From Candidatus Woesearchaeota archaeon (GTDB taxonomy: Archaea > Nanobdellota > Nanobdellia > Woesearchaeales > UBA583), in NCBI GenBank assembly GCA_965205335.1, contig OZ242164.1, forward strand, positions 768,001-832,000: a DNA stretch of 64,000 bases, written 5' to 3'. The translations under genes were made by a program, and so were the position numbers. The notes below the pieces were generated by a model. That model was not told where the DNA came from. It saw only the letters and a program-made list of their open reading frames with translations, and did not search any database. How positions within the stretch are numbered: position 1 is the stretch's first letter; every line of letters begins with the position of its first letter. Below are positions 59,570 to 64,000 of the stretch, in pieces.

Positions 59570-60605
59570 TTATTTCTTTACCCCCAAAAACTTTCTTTAC
59601 TACTCCCAAAAAAACTTATGTTTTAGGAATAACTAAAAAAGATTGTGATGAAGATGAATGCGAAAATTCTAAACAAGATTTTCCAGTATTTACTTATTTA
59701 GTTTTTAATATTGGTGAAACATTAGATGTTAATAGGTTTGAAATTCCTAAAAATGATTTAGATAATGCAAAGAACTTGTTTAATCAATTCAAAGGAAGCC
59801 CAAATAATTTTCAAACAGATGATCTGAGATGTAAATTACAATCTATTAAAAAGTTTGAAAATGAAAAATATTGGCTTATTGATAAATGGTGGAGTAAGGA
59901 AGAAAAAATTAAACTTGGCATTGAAAAAAAAGAGAATATTGTTTCTATTGAAGAATTTAAAGAGGAAATTCAAGTTCTTTCTCTAAAACTTGTAGAATGT
60001 AAATCTCTTTTAGATGAGATGAAAGTTGGTATTAACGATAAATACAAAACAAAATCTATTTCCATAATAGAAATTTTTGATACTGAAAAAGGAAATGCGA
60101 AATATACAAAAAATATATGTATAATCACAAAGGTAAATTTCCAGTTTATTCTTCTCAAACTTCAAATTTAGGGGAAATAGGAAGTATTGACACTTATGAT
60201 TATAATGAAGAATGTTTTACTTGGACAACAGACGGAACTTATGTTGGGAGAGTGTTTTATAGAAATAATAAATTCTCAATTACTACTCATTGTGGGATTT
60301 TGAGAGTTAAACCTGAATATAAGAATAAAGTTAATTTTGAGTATATGAATTTCATATTAAACCAAACACTCCCTAATTATAGATAGGGAGAGGGTTCTAA
60401 TAAGAGATTAGGGACTGAAAGAATGAAAGAAGTCCAAATTAAAATCCCAATAAATGAAAAAGGGGAGTTTGATTTGAATATGCAAAGAGAAATAGCAGAA
60501 AAATATAACAAAATTGAACAAATTAAAGAAAAATTAAATAAAAGTTATGAAAAAAATAATAAATTTAAATGTCAAGATATAAGCACCCGACACTTAACAA
60601 ATTAG
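59570..60605 (+). pseudogene. Decayed restriction-modification gene (N6-methyltransferase C-terminus plus specificity/TRD domain)
   Basis: ISLPPKTFFTTPKKTY, GKFPVYSS, WTTDG.YVG and IKIP..GEFDL..QREIA motifs; 5' truncated, frameshift near 60110, in-frame TAG at 60384. Confidence 0.78.
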
Positions 60606-60767
60606 AAAAAGCACCCTAATTTTGAACAGAACCGTATATAAAGATGAATTAAGTGTAAGAGTGCTTATTAGGATATTCAGAAAAGGTAGTGAGAAAAAAT
60701 TAAATATCAGTAGTTCTTTTAATACTTAGAGTTATCTTCTTTCAGATAATTTTATAAATTATCACTT

Positions 60768-60783
60768 CTTAGTAATTACTAAG
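60768..60783. promoter_or_regulatory. Perfect 16-bp palindrome, putative operator of the TA operon
   Basis: CTTAGTAATTACTAAG just downstream of TTTATAAA (60751-60758). Confidence 0.6.
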
Positions 60784-60814
60784 TGGTTAAACACTTTTAT
60801 ATTACTTTTTTAAG

Positions 60815-61342
60815 GTGTATGAAAATATGAACATGTCTTTCAATGAGGAAAAATTCAAATCTGTTTTACATTATATTATAAAAGAGACAAGTAATATTCA
60901 AAAAGTCTTCAAAACTTCATTATATAAAATGTTGTATTTTTCTGATTTTAACTTTTACGAGAAACATAATAAATTAATAACAGGTGAGATATATAAAAAA
61001 TTACCTCGTGGACCTGCCCCCATTCATTTTCAAAAAGTTATTGATGAATTAAAGAAAGAAAATAAAGTTAGGGAACTCAGAGTAACATTTCCCGATAATA
61101 AACAAGGACATAAATTCATATCCTTGATTGAACCTCATTATAATTTAACTTCTGAGGAAATAAACGAAATTGATAACACCATAAAATTATTGAGTTCAAT
61201 GTCTTCAACACAAGTAAGTGAATATTCTCATGGAGATACGCCTTGGAAAGTGGCTAAGGATAAAAATAATCTAGACCCTGAATATGTTTTTTATAGAATT
61301 CCCCTTTATTCTGCAAGAGAACAAGAAAATGAGAATATCTGA
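60815..61342 (+). CDS. Panacea/SocA-like (DUF4065) antitoxin
   Basis: KT.LYKMLYFSDF..Y....ITG..Y.KLPRGP and SEYSH.DTPW motifs. Confidence 0.82.
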   Translation: MYENMNMSFNEEKFKSVLHYIIKETSNIQKVFKTSLYKMLYFSDFNFYEKHNKLITGEIYKKLPRGPAPIHFQKVIDELKKENKVRELRVTFPDNKQGHKFISLIEPHYNLTSEEINEIDNTIKLLSSMSSTQVSEYSHGDTPWKVAKDKNNLDPEYVFYRIPLYSAREQENENI

Positions 61343-61688
61343 AATTATTGAATTAGATGAGGCTAAAAAAGATTTAGAATTTCTCTCTAAGAAATATAAA
61401 CATTCTTTTAAAGATGATTACAAAAGATTTAAAACAATTGTTTTTAGTGATGAAGAATTTCAAGAGATTGAAAGAGTTTCCATTAAGCACGCTAATACAA
61501 GATGTAATAAGAAAACATTTTATAAATATAAAAAATTTAGATGTAGAGAGTTACAAAGTACTTCTTCATTTAGAGTTATATATTTTATAATTGACGGAAT
61601 ATTTTATTTAGTTGAAATATATTGTAAAAAACAAAAACAAAATGCTGATTATAAAAGGTTCAAGAAATATTGTGAATTATATAATTAA
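61329..61688 (+). CDS. Putative RelE/HigB-like toxin
   Basis: Basic 119-aa protein with KKDL..LSKKY and FRVIY...LVEIYCK; overlaps the antitoxin stop. Confidence 0.65.
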   Translation: MRISEIIELDEAKKDLEFLSKKYKHSFKDDYKRFKTIVFSDEEFQEIERVSIKHANTRCNKKTFYKYKKFRCRELQSTSSFRVIYFIIDGIFYLVEIYCKKQKQNADYKRFKKYCELYN

Positions 61689-61727
61689 CTCTCTCTCATC
61701 GCCATCTAAAAATTATGAAAAAATATC

Positions 61728-61751
61728 AGGTATCTAAAAATTAACAGAACC
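61728..61751. mobile_element. IS6-like terminal repeat, inverted relative to 59526
   Basis: Reverse complement reads GGTTCTGTTAATTTTTAGATACCT. Confidence 0.65.
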
Positions 61752-61798
61752 CATTAATCCAAATATTTATAATACATAAATGGCTTGATTTTTCAGAG

Positions 61799-63010
61799 AT
61801 GAACCTAAAAGAATTTGAGGGGAAATTAATTCTTAGAAAATATGGCCTGAATATTCCAAAAAGCACATTGATTTGTAAAGAAGATGCAATTCCAAAATTT
61901 AAAAAACCAGTCATTCTAAAAGCCCAGACATTTTCAGGAAAAAGAAAGGCTGGAGGAGGGATTATGATAGTTAAATCTCAAAAAGAAATGAGTGATGCAA
62001 TATCTGATATTTTCTCAAAAGAAATAAATGGTGAAAAAGTTTGCGAAATTCTGATTGAGGAATTAATTAATACGAAAAAGGAACTTTACCTAAGCATAAC
62101 TCTTGATACAAAAATTAGAAGACCTCTTCTTGTTATATGTTGTCAGGGTGGTTCAGATATTGAAGAATTAAAAGAGAATTCTCCCCAAAAAATTAAAACT
62201 CTGGAAATAAATGTTTTAGATGGAATTGATGAATCAAAATTAAGAGAATTAACTTCTGAATTGAATTTATCGGATGAAGAATTTGAGAACTTTTTTAATC
62301 TGACAATCAAACTATTTCAGATATACACAACAAGAGATTTAAAACTCCTTGAGATAAATCCATTAGCATTAACAAATAATGGATTCTATATATTAGATAC
62401 TAAAATAATCATTGATGATAATGGACTTTCAAGACAGGAATTTCCATTTGAGAGAACCACAGGTTACAGAAAAAGGACAAGTAGAGAAAAAGAAGCAAAT
62501 TTAATTGATGAAGATGATCATAAAGGAGTTTCAGGAAAAACATTTATTGATATGGATGGAGACATAGGAGTTATGGCGTCAGGAGGGGGAGCAAGCATTA
62601 TTGCAATGGACGCTTTAATTAGTTATGGGGCAAAGCCAGCAAATTATACTGAATATAGTGGAAATCCTCCTGCATATAAAGTTGAGAAATTAACAAAAAT
62701 TGTTTTGGATAAAGAGAATTTATCAGGATTATGGATAGTTGGAGGGATAGCAAATTTCACTGATATTTATGAAACACTTAAAGCGATAGTTGATGTATTA
62801 GTTGAGAAAAAAATTAATTTCCCCGTAGTTATAAGGCGTGGGGGGCCTAATGAGAAAGAGGCATTTGAATTAATACGAAAAACCGCAAAGAAACATAATT
62901 TGAATGTCTCAATTTATGGGCGTGAAACTCCTATTACTCTATGTGCTAAATATATGGCAGAAGCATCTAATAATTTTAAAAAGGAGGTTAATAATGGCAA
63001 TACTAATTGA
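61799..63010 (+). CDS. ATP-grasp acyl-CoA synthetase beta subunit with an ATP-citrate-lyase-type citrate-binding domain
   Basis: LKEFEGK, KAQ..GKR.AGG and EINPL motifs, plus ACL-like SGGGAS, ANYTEYSGNP and GGIANFTD. Confidence 0.85.
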   Translation: MNLKEFEGKLILRKYGLNIPKSTLICKEDAIPKFKKPVILKAQTFSGKRKAGGGIMIVKSQKEMSDAISDIFSKEINGEKVCEILIEELINTKKELYLSITLDTKIRRPLLVICCQGGSDIEELKENSPQKIKTLEINVLDGIDESKLRELTSELNLSDEEFENFFNLTIKLFQIYTTRDLKLLEINPLALTNNGFYILDTKIIIDDNGLSRQEFPFERTTGYRKRTSREKEANLIDEDDHKGVSGKTFIDMDGDIGVMASGGGASIIAMDALISYGAKPANYTEYSGNPPAYKVEKLTKIVLDKENLSGLWIVGGIANFTDIYETLKAIVDVLVEKKINFPVVIRRGGPNEKEAFELIRKTAKKHNLNVSIYGRETPITLCAKYMAEASNNFKKEVNNGNTN

Positions 63011-63887
63011 TGAAAACACAAAAGTTCTTGTTTCGGGAATTACTGGCAAAGAAGGTTCTCGTTCAACTAAGGAAATGTTAGATTATGGTACAAAAGTAGT
63101 TTGTGGTGTTACACCAAAAAAAGGAGGACTGAGCGTTGAAGGAGTGCCTGTATATAATTCAGTTGATGAAGCAATTAAAAATCACCCAGAGGTTAATACT
63201 TCGGTCTTGTACGTTCCTCCAATGAGAGCAAAAGACTCTTTAATTGAATCAATTAATGCAAAAATACCATTAGTTGTATGCATTACCGAGAACATTCCCA
63301 TTCATGATTTTCTTGAATGTTATGAAAGAGCAAAGAAAAATGGAGTTCGCATAATAGGTCCTTCATCTGTTGGAATTATAAGCAGTGATATTTGCAAAGT
63401 TGGAAGCATAGGCGGAGCATCAAATGTTCAGTATTCAAAAGGTTCTGTGGGGATTATTTCAAAATCAGGAGGGATGACAAGTGAAACTGCCCTGCTTTTA
63501 AAAAACAACGGAATAGGAACATCAACAGCAGTAGGCATTGGCGGGGATGTTATATGCGGAAGTGATTTTGTTGATATACTCAAATTATTTGAAAAAGATG
63601 AAAAAACCAAAGTAATTGTTTTATTCTGTGAAATAGGAGGAGAGTATGAGCAGAGAGTAGCACAGGCAGTAAAATGCGGTGAGATAACAAAACCAGTAGT
63701 TGCATTTGTTTCAGGGGCATTTGCAGAAAATTTACATGGAGTAAGCATTGGGCATGCAGGAGCAATTATTGAAGGAGTTAATGCAACAAGAACAGCAAAA
63801 GTTAAAGCATTTGAAGACGCAGGAATAAGAGTTGCAAAAATTCATCATGAAATTGTAGATTTAGTAAAAGAAGTCTTAGATAAATAA
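62994..63887 (+). CDS. SucD-like alpha subunit (CoA-binding, phospho-His), probable citryl-CoA synthetase small subunit
   Basis: GITGKEG, GVTP.KGG, SKSGG, EIGG and IGHAGA motifs; GGAGGT ribosome-binding site upstream; no fused lyase domain. Confidence 0.85.
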   Translation: MAILIDENTKVLVSGITGKEGSRSTKEMLDYGTKVVCGVTPKKGGLSVEGVPVYNSVDEAIKNHPEVNTSVLYVPPMRAKDSLIESINAKIPLVVCITENIPIHDFLECYERAKKNGVRIIGPSSVGIISSDICKVGSIGGASNVQYSKGSVGIISKSGGMTSETALLLKNNGIGTSTAVGIGGDVICGSDFVDILKLFEKDEKTKVIVLFCEIGGEYEQRVAQAVKCGEITKPVVAFVSGAFAENLHGVSIGHAGAIIEGVNATRTAKVKAFEDAGIRVAKIHHEIVDLVKEVLDK

Positions 63888-63892
63888 ATTTT

Positions 63893-63991
63893 ATTTAGTA
63901 CTAATATCTACTAATAACTACTAAATTAGTAGATAGGTTTATATATAATTTAGTACTAATATCTACTAATAACTACTAAATTAGTAGATAG
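63893..63991. repeat. Two identical 44-bp units (55-bp period), each with an 11-bp inverted repeat
   Basis: ATTTAGTACTAATATCTACTAATAACTACTAAATTAGTAGATAG at 63893 and 63948; stem TATCTACTAAT/ATTAGTAGATA. Confidence 0.92.
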
Positions 63992-64000
63992 ATTTAATAT

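Noticed and set aside
63893-63991. Possible CRISPR array
   Set aside because: Only two copies are visible, the linker is 11 nt (too short for a spacer), and there are no cas genes in the window.
1-64000. tRNA or rRNA genes
   Set aside because: No GC-rich structured segment or intergenic T-loop motif was seen by eye; a covariance-model scan would be needed to exclude them fully.

Overview
AT-rich chromosomal window from a reduced-genome archaeon, most likely DPANN (Woesearchaeota/Pacearchaeota-like). The assignment rests on archaeal-type ProRS, TyrS and GluRS, aIF-2beta, AglB/STT3, and TTTATAAA boxes about 20-30 nt upstream of near-leaderless starts. The first 30 kb holds mostly housekeeping genes: proS, a beta-CASP nuclease, secD, tatD, gyrB, lysC/asd, a P-type ATPase, tyrS, gltX and ppsA. 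About 30-59 kb is a large surface-glycosylation island (flippase, GT2/GT4/GT10/GT14/CgtA-like transferases, gmd-fcl, a TagF-like transferase, several FkbM methyltransferases, aglB, pgm/pmm, galU). The window ends with a decayed restriction-modification gene, a Panacea-type toxin-antitoxin pair and an ATP-citrate-lyase-type/citryl-CoA synthetase pair. Structure read directly from the sequence includes: a 597-bp RelBE cassette bounded by identical 28-bp direct repeats; an intact IS5-family element with two cognate 128-bp MITEs; a network of IS6-like ends bracketing cargo; three head-plus-tail gene deletion scars; a 166-bp duplication that creates a chimeric methyltransferase; an exactly centred bidirectional TATA box; and a 55-bp-period palindromic repeat at the right edge. 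No rRNA, tRNA or CRISPR array was seen. All family calls come from motif recognition, not database searches.
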